A stretch of 63,099 nucleotides of DNA, the filler included, from Octopus bimaculoides (taxonomy: Eukaryota), in assembly GCF_001194135.2 (NCBI RefSeq). It is 7 parts of 7 records of this genome, joined end to end, with 100 filler letters (N's around TTAATTAATTAA, not from the genome) between each part and the next. Parts side by side here need not be neighbours in the genome. Positions count along the whole stretch, not along the records: positions 1 to 9,020 come from NC_068986.1; positions 9,121 to 14,867 come from NC_068999.1; 5 more parts are not named here. One strand, 5' to 3'. The notes beneath the pieces were generated by a model that did no database searches, was not told the DNA's origin, and worked only from the letters and a program-made list of their open reading frames with translations. Made by a program: the position numbers and the translations under genes. Positions 1 to 10,829 of this stretch are shown here, piece by piece; positions within the stretch are counted from its first letter, which is position 1, and each line of letters opens with the position of its first letter.

Positions 1-20
1 GATTCCAGGCAGTGACCTCA

Positions 21-44
21 ATAATAATAATAATAATAATAATA

Positions 45-106
<62 letters not shown>

Positions 107-115
107 CATTATTAC

Positions 116-165
<50 letters not shown>
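21..165. repeat. (AAT)n/(ATT)n microsatellite
   Basis: Direct reading; explains the poly-Ile ORF 12..290. Confidence 0.95.
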
Positions 166-167
<2 letters not shown>

Positions 168-368
168 ACAACATCGAAAAATACCTTAGGAATGAGAACC
201 CAATTTCGAAATTTCACCAAGACACCTGATGAATGCTGGAGGGTATATAGCCGAATGCTTGAGGGTATTATTGCCGAAACGTTGTGTTAACAACAAACAA
301 GATGAGGACAAGTATCCGTCAATTGTAAATACTGTACATAATTCCTCATCTCATCAATATGGAACTGT
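166..368 (+). mobile_element. Penelope-like terminal repeat fragment carrying a minimal hammerhead motif
   Basis: GACAC-CTGATGA-...-GCC-GAAAC-GTT-GTGTT arrangement, typical of PLE minimal type I HHRs (established knowledge); adjacent to a simple repeat. Confidence 0.65.
221..288 (+). ncRNA. Minimal type I hammerhead ribozyme motif, probably disrupted
   Basis: Stem I GACAC 221-225 / GTGTT 284-288; core CTGATGA 226-232; GAAAC 276-280; GTT 281-283. The stem II region is tandemly duplicated (231-252 and 253-275). Confidence 0.6.
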
Positions 369-512
369 AATCTTTTTGTCTTTAGTTGTGATTGACAGTG
401 TTCAGAAGTGGCGAAGAATGGTCAAGACAAGCCATATGTCACGATGTTGTTTTTATGATACTATCAGGGGCTAAGATTCACATCATTCCCGTAGTATTAC
501 TTAATTTCATTA

Positions 513-722
513 GGATGGCGAGCCGGTAGAATCGTTAGCACGCTGGGCGAAATGCTTGGTGGTATTTCGCCCGTCGCTAAGTTCTGAGTTCAAAATCCGC
601 CAATGTCGACTTTGCCTTTCATCCTTTCTGGGGTCGATAAATTAAGTACCAGTTACGCACTGGGGGTTGATGTAATCGATTATCCCCCTCCTCTAAATTG
701 TACCTATAGTAGAAAGGATTAT
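513..722 (+). mobile_element. Short SINE (GGCGAGCTGGCAGAATCGTTAGC family)
   Basis: Clear similarity to more than 10 other copies in this window; tRNA-like head with GTTCTGAGTTCAAA B-box-like motif. Confidence 0.85.
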
Positions 723-1419
723 TTAATTTTATTGACTGATTCACAGGGTGTGAAAGACTTTGTCGGGGTCAAAGTATTTGGCTAATATTTGGTCATTGAA
801 ACTCAAATAGAATTGAAAAACGTCAAAGAGCGTAATAATTAAACCAATTATCATTTCGATCGTTATCAATAAAAGGTATTACCTACACTAAGTGGAACAT
901 AGGTAAATTACTTAAAAACCGATGTTGTTTCATGGAGTAACGAACTATATATTGCTTAACTCGGAGTAACTTTAGCTGGAAAGCTTTGTTCTTTATATAA
1001 CCTATGGATCGATACTCTATAAGAAATGACAAAGTCTGCTGTACGTATAAAACTTTGTTCTGGTTTAATTATATAACAGATACATGTGCTAAATATCCCC
1101 AAATCTGTACTTCCTACATTACAATGAAATTTCCAAATTTATTGCTTAGCGTACGAATTCGATTAATTGAACACGCAACGGTTTATTGCATAAGATATCC
1201 AATCCCATGATTATGTAATAAAGCGAAATCAATTGTATAATTTAGCCAAGAATCAAGTGCTTCACTTTGCAAACACAGTATCGGATCTCTTTTTTGCGCA
1301 AAGAAGAAAAGAATACCAATTTCTTAAATAATGATAATTGATGATAATGTTGAAAGTAATAGTTGTAATGATGATAAGGTGATAGTCATCCATGGTGTTC
1401 TAAAACAACTTCGAACTCC

Positions 1420-1690
1420 AGTTTTCTCTCATCATAACTATCTTTTCCATAACACTGTTCTCTAATTTCTCTCTTATTCTCCTATCTATAACTTAGTTTT
1501 CTACTACTTCTGCTCCACTTTCCATAACTCATGTTTGCTCCTCTTTTGCTAACTGTACTTTCCATAACCTAGTTTTCCAACTTTCCTGCTAAGTGTCCGT
1601 TCCATGACCCTTTCCTACAAAATAGCCTTTTCTTAACACAGATTTTCACCACTTCCTTTGATTATCCTTTCTATAATCCAGTTTCCAGGC
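1420..1690. repeat. Degenerate minisatellite with recurring TTCCATAAC motif
   Basis: About six imperfect recurrences of (c/a)tttccataac followed by a T-rich segment. Confidence 0.5.
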
Positions 1691-2897
1691 AAAAACGCTA
1701 CCATAAAAATTTCATGAAGGTCAAAATTGTATGCGTTCATTTTATTCATAAATTTTGATCATGAGTTGGACAATTTTCTTCCGTCACACCCTGTAGAATA
1801 TAATAGGAGTTACGTTAGGAAAGAAATCAAACCTCATCTATTTTCGCATGGCAACTAGTTTCCCATAGCAACGAAACAGAAATGGCTAGTATATTCTCAC
1901 TTTTTTTTAACTGTTTCCCAGACAAAGTCATTTAATTATCGATAGCTCATTATATATGACTGTAAATGGGTATGACAGGTCGAATAGTTTACAATTGTAA
2001 GATATTGGGATACCTTAAAATTGACAAGGTAGCATATGCCTTCAATGTACTGCGTTCGCATAATTCTTGTACACTTAGTTCACGAGAAATTGCCAAAGAA
2101 GCGACTACACATTCATTCCGTTCTATTTCCAAAAGCCTAAAACTAGAGTGTGGAATGAAAAAGAAAAACAAAATAACTTGAATCAAACTAACTATAAAAA
2201 AGAACGACAGAAAACACGAAAAAATGCACAGTATCAGCATCAGAAATTCGGAATGTTTAAAGTCCAACAAAATGACAAGAGACATCGTTAGAAAATTTAG
2301 AATGTTCCAAAGTATATTCCAACTCAGCTAAATCTCTGCCATACGATTGATATCATATCGTTTCCATTATATTATGATTGATTACGTATTCCCCTTCACT
2401 TGGTCTCTGACGTTGTCTAGCTTTATTTAGCGTTGCTTATATATATATATATATATNNNNNNNNNNNNNNNNNNNNNNNNNNNNNNNNNNNNNNNNNNNN
2501 NNNNNNNNNNNNNNNNNNNNNNNNNNNNNNNNNNNNNNNNNNNNNNNNNNNNNNNNNNNNNNNNNNNNNNNNNNNNNNNNNNNNNNNNNNNNNNNNNNNN
2601 NNNNNNNNNNNNNNNNNNNNNNNNNNNNNNNNNNNNNNNNNNNNNNNNNNNNNNNNNNNNNNNNNNNNNNNNNNNNNNNNNNNNNNNNNNNNNNNNNNNN
2701 NNNNNNNNNNNNNNNNNNNNNNNNNNNNNNNNNNNNNNNNNNNNNNNNNNNNNNNNNNNNNNNNNNNNNNNNNNNNNNNNNNNNNNNNNNNNNNNNNNNN
2801 NNNNNNNNNNNNNNNNNNNNNNNNNNNNNNNNNNNNNNNNNNNNNNNNNNNNNNNNNNNNNNNNNNNNNNNNNNNNNNNNNNNNNNNNNNNNNNNNN

Positions 2898-2935
<38 letters not shown>

Positions 2936-3449
2936 ATACATATATTAATGCAAGTGTGTGTATTACATACATGGACACACACAAGCACGCGCTCGCACGC
3001 ACATATAAAGATATGTATATGTCGAAAAAAGAGGGAATATGAAAAAATGTATATGTATTTAAAAAAAAGGAACTGTGAACTGCTGGAGGAATATGTAAGC
3101 ACAAAGATATGTATATGCATACATAAATATTTCAACAAATCTATATAAATACGAGTGTGTGTGTGTGTTTGTATGTGTGTGTGCATGTAGATCCTTGCAT
3201 ATGGAAAACACACATATATTTGATAGAGTATACATAATTACGCATACTAACAAACACACAGAAATACCGAAGGATAAATATTGCCTTACGCATACAGTGA
3301 TACGCAAACTGACTCACATACATAAATGCATATATATATATATATATATATATACCTCTATGATTTATGTAGTATCGCTGAAACATAACACACATAAATA
3401 CACGTCTATAAATCTATATGCTTGTGTAATATTATGTGTGTTTGCATAC

Positions 3450-3530
<81 letters not shown>

Positions 3531-4129
3531 GACAAATATGTATATACACACACCATCATACACATACACGCGCACACACACACATCAATGCAGACAGACA
3601 CATTATAGTGTCTGTAGCAAGCCCACCATACTGTATAATAAAACACATCTATAACTTTCCAGCTGAAGACATAGCCGCCATATATCATCAATGACTGATC
3701 TATCAGATTTCCCGCTTCGATCCATCTTAATATTGCCGTCTTGTAATACACGTTGTGGTGGCAGCAGTATTGGTAGTAGCAATGGTAATCATGACGGTGT
3801 TGTCTGTGGTGTCGATGGTGGTGGTAGTAGTAGTAGTAGTCTTCGTCGTAATTGTCATTGCTTTTGTTTTTCACTTTGTTCTGTGGTAGCAGGCCTTGTA
3901 GCTGTGGTAGGGTTGTTTCACATGGCAGTAGTAGTGGTGGTTACAGAATTGACTAATGGTTGGAGTGGCAGAGATAATGATGTTTGTTGTTTAGCTCCAG
4001 TTCACCTCTGATTAAGCAGATCTTTGAGCAAGAATGTTCCAGTGATGACTAACTTATCTCTTCATTCAGACCCAGTGTGTAGCAACCACATTAATCACCA
4101 TGCCTTTCCTGTATTATGTTAATAACGGA

Positions 4130-5400
4130 GCTTGGAAGAGAATTTGGTCTTTCGTGAATATCGAACTGTCACGTACTGTTTTTTTAAATTTTTATACCCA
4201 GATCAACACGCATTGGACAGGTATTCCAATCATGCTCAACTTGTTGTTGTACTCAAGCTATCTGGGCATACATCAACTCATGTGTCTTTGCTTTGTCTGA
4301 AACAGTACGAAGCAATTTATATGGGCGTTGATAGCTATTTCTTACAAATGGGTCAACAAAATAGTCACACATGCCCTTATTATTTTTGCTGTTAATGATA
4401 GCTGTAGCACTACTAGAAGCCCGAGAACTGAAACTGGCTGTTAACTCCCAGAAGTTGAGAGCATTGTATGATAATCTGAAAGATATATTTGGTCTGAAAG
4501 AAAGCATTACGGGACCGATTCTTTCTAATGACGAGTCAAAAAGCAACACAGATGAAATTCCGAAAAGATTGGCTGAGCTCTTTAAATCCATATTAAATAA
4601 GGAATCCAGTAACGATCCTGAAGTCATCAATGAAATACTTGAGAGTCCAATAATCGAGGAACTAACCGGAGATACTTCCTTAAAAGTGATAAGTAAAGCT
4701 TTTAAAAATATTTCCATTACTAAAGCTCCTGGACAATACGATATTTCCATAGGTGTGTACAAGCATGGATGTAGAGAGCTTCTAAGAAAGCGACGCAAAT
4801 TGATCTGGAGAATTGGATCTGCTCCCTAGTAGTTCAAGGATGCATCTGTAGCGCACATGTACAAAAATAAAGGGACGAAGAATGTGTGATAACCAAAGAG
4901 GAGTAAGTTTGCGAGGATGATTCTTAACCACATCAATAAGTATGTAGTAAACAGTGTATATCCTAAATCCCAATGTAGATTTCAGGCTGAGAGAGGCTCA
5001 GTTGACATGATTTTTGCCCTTCGGCAAGTTCAAGGAAACGCACATGCGCAAAACACTGACTGTACATGGTCTTTTCAGCATGACCAAAGCCTTCAAGAAA
5101 CTGTATCGTGAGGTACTGTTAAGAATCCAGTGTAGATGGGCTGAAAATGTTGGTCGAATACAAGATGATTGTATCCCCAAAATTATTTTGTGTGGCCAAC
5201 AATTAGAGGGATTCCGTGGTACAGGAAGACCTATACTCAGGTATAGGGATAATTTGAAATGATCACTAAAATCCTTTCAGCTTAATTTAACATCTTGGAA
5301 AAGGTATTGCCTAGATCGATCTGAGAGGCGTAAAATGTGTCATGATACATATAAACAGTTTGAGTTCAAGAAAGAGAACAATAAAAGAATTACATCCTGC
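4130..5400 (+). mobile_element. Decayed RTE-clade LINE with internal deletion
   Basis: Linker ORF 4371-4829 (..KAPGQYDISIGVYKHG..); RT start (YPKSQCRFQAERGSVDMIFALRQVQ); then a jump to the C-terminal RWAENVGRIQDDCIPKIILCGQ..GRPILRYRDNLK. Frameshifts and stops throughout. Confidence 0.85.
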
Positions 5401-5616
5401 AATTAACATTTGTCCAACCAAGGCAAAATCAAAAGATCAATGTTCTCATTGAGAACTTTACATTGAAAATATATAAATGGACTAAAATTACATTCATACA
5501 TCCATCGCAAATGTATATAGCTTCTTTTAATTTGCATATTTAAAGAAAAATCCTTTCCTTCAAACACTCATACGACGAAATCAACGGGAGTGACCATCAT
5601 CATTATTTTTATTAAG

Positions 5617-6070
5617 AAGGTGAGATGGCAGAATCGCTATTACTCCGGGCAAAAAGCTTTACGGCATTTCGTCCGCCTTTTCGTTCTGAGTTCAAGTTCC
5701 ATCGAGATCGACTTTGAGTTACATCCTTTCCGGGTCGTTAAAGTAAGTAGCAGTTGAGCATTGGGGTTGATGCAATTGACTAGTTTCTGATTTCTTTATT
5801 GCCCACAAGGGGCTAAACATAGAGGGGACAAACAAGGACAGACAAACGGATTAAGTCGATTACATCGACTCCAGTGCGTAACTGGTACTTAATTTATCGA
5901 CCCCGAAAGGATGAAAGGTTAAGTCGACCTCGGCGGAATTTGAACTCAACGTAACGGCAGACGAAATACCGCTATGCATTTCACCCGGCGTGCTAACGTT
6001 TCTGCCAGTCGCAATTGACTAGTTTCTTCTCACCAAATTTAATTCCTTGTGTCTATAGTAGAAAGGATTA
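5617..6070. mobile_element. SINE (+) interrupted by a same-family SINE (-) with a 17-bp target-site duplication
   Basis: GCAATTGACTAGTTTCT at 5772-5788 and 6011-6027 flanks an inverted copy. Confidence 0.85.
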
Positions 6071-6799
6071 TCATTATTATTGTTGTTTTGTTTATTGCAT
6101 GCGCTAGCTATGTTACGAGCGCTCTGTAAGTTATCCAATTCTTTTCATTGTTTGATGTCTCTTTTTGTTACCTTTGTGGTATAGAGTGTGTCATTAACTT
6201 GAGTAGACCATAAGGGTTTGTGCAAAATTCATTGTCATCTGCACTAAATGGTGAAATTTCGAACAGAAAATTTTTGTTTTGAATTTAATATGGTGGTGTC
6301 TTCTTTGCCAGTCAGAGAAGAGAGGATAGTGGGAGGCAGTGATGAATGCGAATTTGGTTTTCGTACTCAGTCTCCAACAAACATGAAAAAGAATGAAAGA
6401 GGTAGTAGCAGCAGAAATAACAATAACATCACCAACACCAATACCGACAAGAACATAAAAGAAAGGAGAAGTGAAAAGAACAGCAACAGCGTCATAAAAA
6501 GAAAACAATCAAAGCAACAACAACAATAAACTAGGAAAACAGGGAAAAGAAAAAAGAATTGTTTCACACATAGCGCGTGGAAATTCAACTACTAATGCCA
6601 CCATTACTGCCTTTAACGGCGTGCCAACGTACAGAGATGGGATTAGAGAATTAGTTGAAGGGGGCAGTCGACAACAAATGATGGCTTGCATTGAAAAGGG
6701 CAATTGCAGTAAAATCAGTTTTAGTTAGGTATTAGTGACAGAAAGAAATATAATAGAAGGGAACTTTGAAACTTAGAAGAGGCGCTTAGGAAAGTCATT

Positions 6800-7510
6800 G
6801 CAACCGACGTGTTGATTGCGAGATTGGCTCTGGGATAATTTTTGAATGCTAAACCCGAAGATCGGATTAACGGAGCTAAGGTGCGTGCTCTAAGACAAGA
6901 GAAAGCGAAAGTCGCTCAATGAGCCCGAACGGCAGTGGTGCTACGTGACAGCGAAGCCTCAATTCTGTCTTTGCTGGACCAAAATGGGCGCACAGTACTC
7001 GAGCCCGAGTAGATGCGTGAAGCCATTCAGCAGAACTTCCCACAACTTTTGGGACGACTGGCAGTCCGGAACACATGATAGGCTTCAGTACTTACCTCAA
7101 CGAGATGACATGACTCTTGAAAAGTGAGGTGTAGTGTTTCGAATGCCGATAACAGCCGGGGAAATTGAGAAAGCGGTGATAGGTTGCCGGGGACAAATCT
7201 CCTGGTCTGCCCTATGAGCTTTGCTTGTATATGCCAGTCTTGTCTGGCGGCCTTTAGTTGATATCTGCCGCAACTGTGAGTCTAAGAGCGGTTGGCAATG
7301 CTCAGAAAGAACCCAAACGAGAAGGATGGAATAGAAGGTTTTAGGCCCATAACACTGCTGAAGGCAGCTTTCAAAATTTTGGCCAAGGTGTTAGAAAGAG
7401 GTTGGAGCTTGTCAGGGAATTCATTGTTGATGCGCAGACACACGGAATCCCAAGAAGATCACTCCACGACAACTTCGACCTCAAGCAATACATCTTAAAC
7501 AGTTCGTGAA
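6800..7510 (+). mobile_element. Decayed L1/Tx1-type LINE reverse transcriptase fragment
   Basis: LRKNPNEKDGIEGFRPITLLKAAFKILAKVLE matches the L1/Tx1 RT motif RPITLLNxDxKILAKVL; preceded by a decayed PGLDG-like motif. Confidence 0.75.
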
Positions 7511-8540
7511 AAAGCTTATATTATATAGAAGTTTAAGTTAACATATATTAATGCTTCTTTCTTGAGATAAACTTTTTGCAATTGACTCTATTTGATTTCA
7601 TTCGTTAATTGTATATAATTTCATTCGTTGTCGTGTGACAAAAAAATGTTATCATAGAAACTCGTGAGTTACGGTTTATGACTAAAGCCAAATAAGTTTT
7701 ACACTGTTACTGATATTGAGCACTTTTTTCTCTCGTTCATTGCTACAAAAGTATATTCACGCTCACAAAAATACGCAATTCCCTACAGCTCCATTCCTGA
7801 TTGACATAGAGATAAATAGATATACATATATACATAAATACATATACATGTAAACATATGTACATATCCTACACATATATGTATGCATACGAATATATAA
7901 GTATGTATATATGTATGTATATATGTATTATGTGTGTGTGTGTGTATGTATGCATGTATGTATGTATGCATGTATGTATGTATGTATGTATGTATGTATG
8001 TATGTATACAGGTGTGTGCTTGATATTTTTGCTTCACTAAATTTTCATCCCCTAACAGCTTGAAGTTATTGTTGTTGCTGTTGTATTACCATCAGAATTT
8101 TATTGGTCTTCCTTTTCTTCCAAGAGTTCTTCAGGTTTTATTCCAGGATAACAACATGGAATTATACTTTCCCTTTTGTTATTAGTTTCAATCTTTTTTT
8201 CAAATTTCGACTTTTATCTTCCCTTCTCTCGCATCGTTATTTTTTCTTCATTTCCTTCATGCTTATCTATCTTTATACCAAATGAGCTATTACTTCGGAC
8301 TTTCCCCTTTAGAATTTTGTTTTCTGTGGTGATGTATTTGTATTTTCATTGTTAATCTTTCGTTATCAGTGACTTTTTACTGTAATATATATTTCTTCTC
8401 ATCATTCCACTTTTCTAACTCTCTCTAGATTCACGCTTTATACAGTTAGAATGGCGATAAATAATACCTGGCTGCATAAGCATAGAAGCAAAAATATATA
8501 TGCAGATGTAAAAATAAAAAAGGGAATATTAGTAGTAACA

Positions 8541-8584
8541 CGGCCTAGATGAAGCCGTTCAGTTGCAAAACGGACGAAATGCCG
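8541..8584 (+). ncRNA. Degenerate hammerhead remnant
   Basis: CGGC-CT(A)GATGA-AG-CCGTT...AACGG-AC-GAAA-T-GCCG. Stems I and II pair, but the core has a 1-nt insertion and stem III with the cleavage triplet is missing. Confidence 0.4.
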
Positions 8585-8956
8585 AAAAAACAATATATAT
8601 ATGAGTGTGTGTGTGTGTGTGTGTGTGTGTTTTTGTATGTATGTATGTATGTATGTATGTATGTATGTATGTATATCTGTTGTTATGTCCTGTTTTATTA
8701 TTTTTATTGTATTTGTGTAAGATTGTTCGTGTTTTTTGTCCGTTTCACAGCACACAGACACGTAAACGTACAATTACCTAGCATAGCACCCTTACATGTA
8801 TATTATATATATATACATGTAAAGATATACTACGGGTATATATATATAAATGTAAATGTGTGTGCGTATGTATGTATATAGGTTCACATACACATAAAAA
8901 TAAACGCATATATGCACATAAGTACTCACATACATTCTTACATGCATACATATATG

Positions 8957-9020
<64 letters not shown>

Positions 9021-9310
9021 NNNNNNNNNNNNNNNNNNNNNNNNNNNNNNNNNNNNNNNNNNNNTTAATTAATTAANNNNNNNNNNNNNNNNNNNNNNNN
9101 NNNNNNNNNNNNNNNNNNNNAAAAAAAAGAAAAACAGTCAATTAGTGGAAATAATCGATAAACTAATTCCTTATGGGATTTCCCAATCAAATTGCCAGCA
9201 AAACATTTTCAGCCAAACCAATTTCAACGGATTTCGCACAAATCTGATGTCGATGTTACTTATTTTGGTTTGAAATAAAGCACTTGATCACTTAATAATC
9301 CTAGCTTAAT

Positions 9311-9338
9311 CCCGGGCAACGCCGGGCTATACTGCTAG
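9311..9338 (+). mobile_element. Helitron 3' terminus
   Basis: GC-rich hairpin CCCGG-GCAACG-CCGGG followed 8 nt later by CTAG and then T. The 5' part is lost in a gap. Confidence 0.65.
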
Positions 9339-9359
9339 TTATTATTATTATTTCTCTAT

Positions 9360-9900
9360 TCTCTTCTTTCATCTCTAAATTCTCTATTAACAGCATCTCA
9401 TATCCACACCCTTGCACTTATTTCCACCACACCCTTAATTTTCCTCTTACCTTTCCGTTCTCCCCACAGTCGCACTCACTGTCATCTCACTTCCACGTTT
9501 TGCACACAATACGATTACACTTACACACCAACCACCCACATCTCCATTATCTCTCACTGCTACATTCTCATACTTGCATACCTCTACACATGCGTACACC
9601 TCAAGGAACCTTATGACTATCTCAATAAACGGATACACTCCTATACGCGGACCCCAGCCTCTCCCATTCTTATCTCTCCCACCAAACTGCATTCCCACCT
9701 GGCCCCTAAATCTCCGCATGTCTTTTACTTCCAGCCACTTTTTCTCTTTCACTCCTCTCCTTCACTTTTCTTTTATATTTTCCCTCTGATGAAAGACTGA
9801 CGGGCCAACGTCTCAAAACATCATAACACTTAGCCTTCCTCTCAAGCGATAGGCTAATACATTTGTTAAGTATGTGTTGTTTTCTATCCTTTTCTGTTCA
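9360..9900 (+). mobile_element. Probable Penelope-like terminal repeat with decayed hammerhead
   Basis: CTGATGA 9786-9792, stem II AGAC/GTCT, then CAAAACATC, which could be CGAAACGTC after CpG decay. The tail (ctaatacattt gtt) resembles 36570-36600. Confidence 0.45.
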
Positions 9901-9949
9901 CTGCTTTCATTATATATAAATGTATGTGTGTGTTTATATACATATACTC

Positions 9950-10137
9950 ATTTACTCTTTTACTTGTTTCAGTCTTTTGACTGTGGCCATGCTGGAGCAC
10001 CGCCTTTAGTCAAGCAAATCGACCCCAGGACTTGTTCTTTAGAAGCCTAGTACTTATTCTATCGGTCTCTTTTGCCGAACCGCTAAGTTACGGGGACATA
10101 AACACACCAGCATCGGTTGTCAAGCGATGTTGGGGGG
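9950..10137 (-). mobile_element. 3' part of the abundant tRNA-derived SINE (ccgctaagttacggggac family)
   Basis: Shared with partial copies near 20250-20440, 29340-29455, 33390-33570, 36130-36420, 48285-48545, 55975-56320 and 60780-60960. Confidence 0.85.
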
Positions 10138-10829
10138 NNNNNNNNNNNNNNNNNNNNNNNNNNNNNNNNNNNNNNNNNNNNNNNNNNNNNNNNNNNNNNN
10201 NNNNNNNNNNNNNNNNNNNNNNNNNNNNNNNNNNNNNNNNNNNNNNNNNNNNNNNNNNNNNNNNNNNNNNNNNNNNNNNNNNNNNNNNNNNNNNNNNNNN
10301 NNNNNNNNNNNNNNNNNNNNNNNNNNNNNNNNNNNNNNNNNNNNNNNNNNNNNNNNNNNNNNNNNNNNNNNNNNNNNNNNNNNNNNNNNNNNNNNNNNNN
10401 NNNNNNNNNNNNNNNNNNNNNNNNNNNNNNNNNNNNNNNNNNNNNNNNNNNNNNNNNNNNNNNNNNNNNNNNNNNNNNNNNNNNNNNNNNNNNNNNNNNN
10501 NNNNNNNNNNNNNNNNNNNNNNNNNNNNNNNNNNNNNNNNNNNNNNNNNNNNNNNNNNNNNNNNNNNNNNNNNNNNNNNNNNNNNNNNNNNNNNNNNNNN
10601 NNNNNNNNNNNNNNNNNNNNNNNNNNNNNNNNNNNNNNNNNNNNNNNNNNNNNNNNNNNNNNNNNNNNNNNNNNNNNNNNNNNNNNNNNNNNNNNNNNNN
10701 NNNNNNNNNNNNNNNNNNNNNNNNNNNNNNNNNNNNNNNNNNNNNNNNNNNNNNNNNNNNNNNNNNNNNNNNNNNNNNNNNNNNNNNNNNNNNNNNNNNN
10801 NNNNNNNNATATATATATATATACATATA

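Noticed and set aside
4371-4829. 152-aa ORF with a signal-peptide-like start (MPLLFLLLMIAVALLEA)
   Set aside because: It is the EN-RT linker of a decayed RTE LINE; the hydrophobic start is incidental.
9065-9076. TTAATTAATTAA embedded in N runs (also 14912-14923, 29280-29291, 38028-38039, 53068-53079, 61877-61888)
   Set aside because: An identical 12-mer with stops in all six frames, always centred in a gap; assembly padding, not biology.
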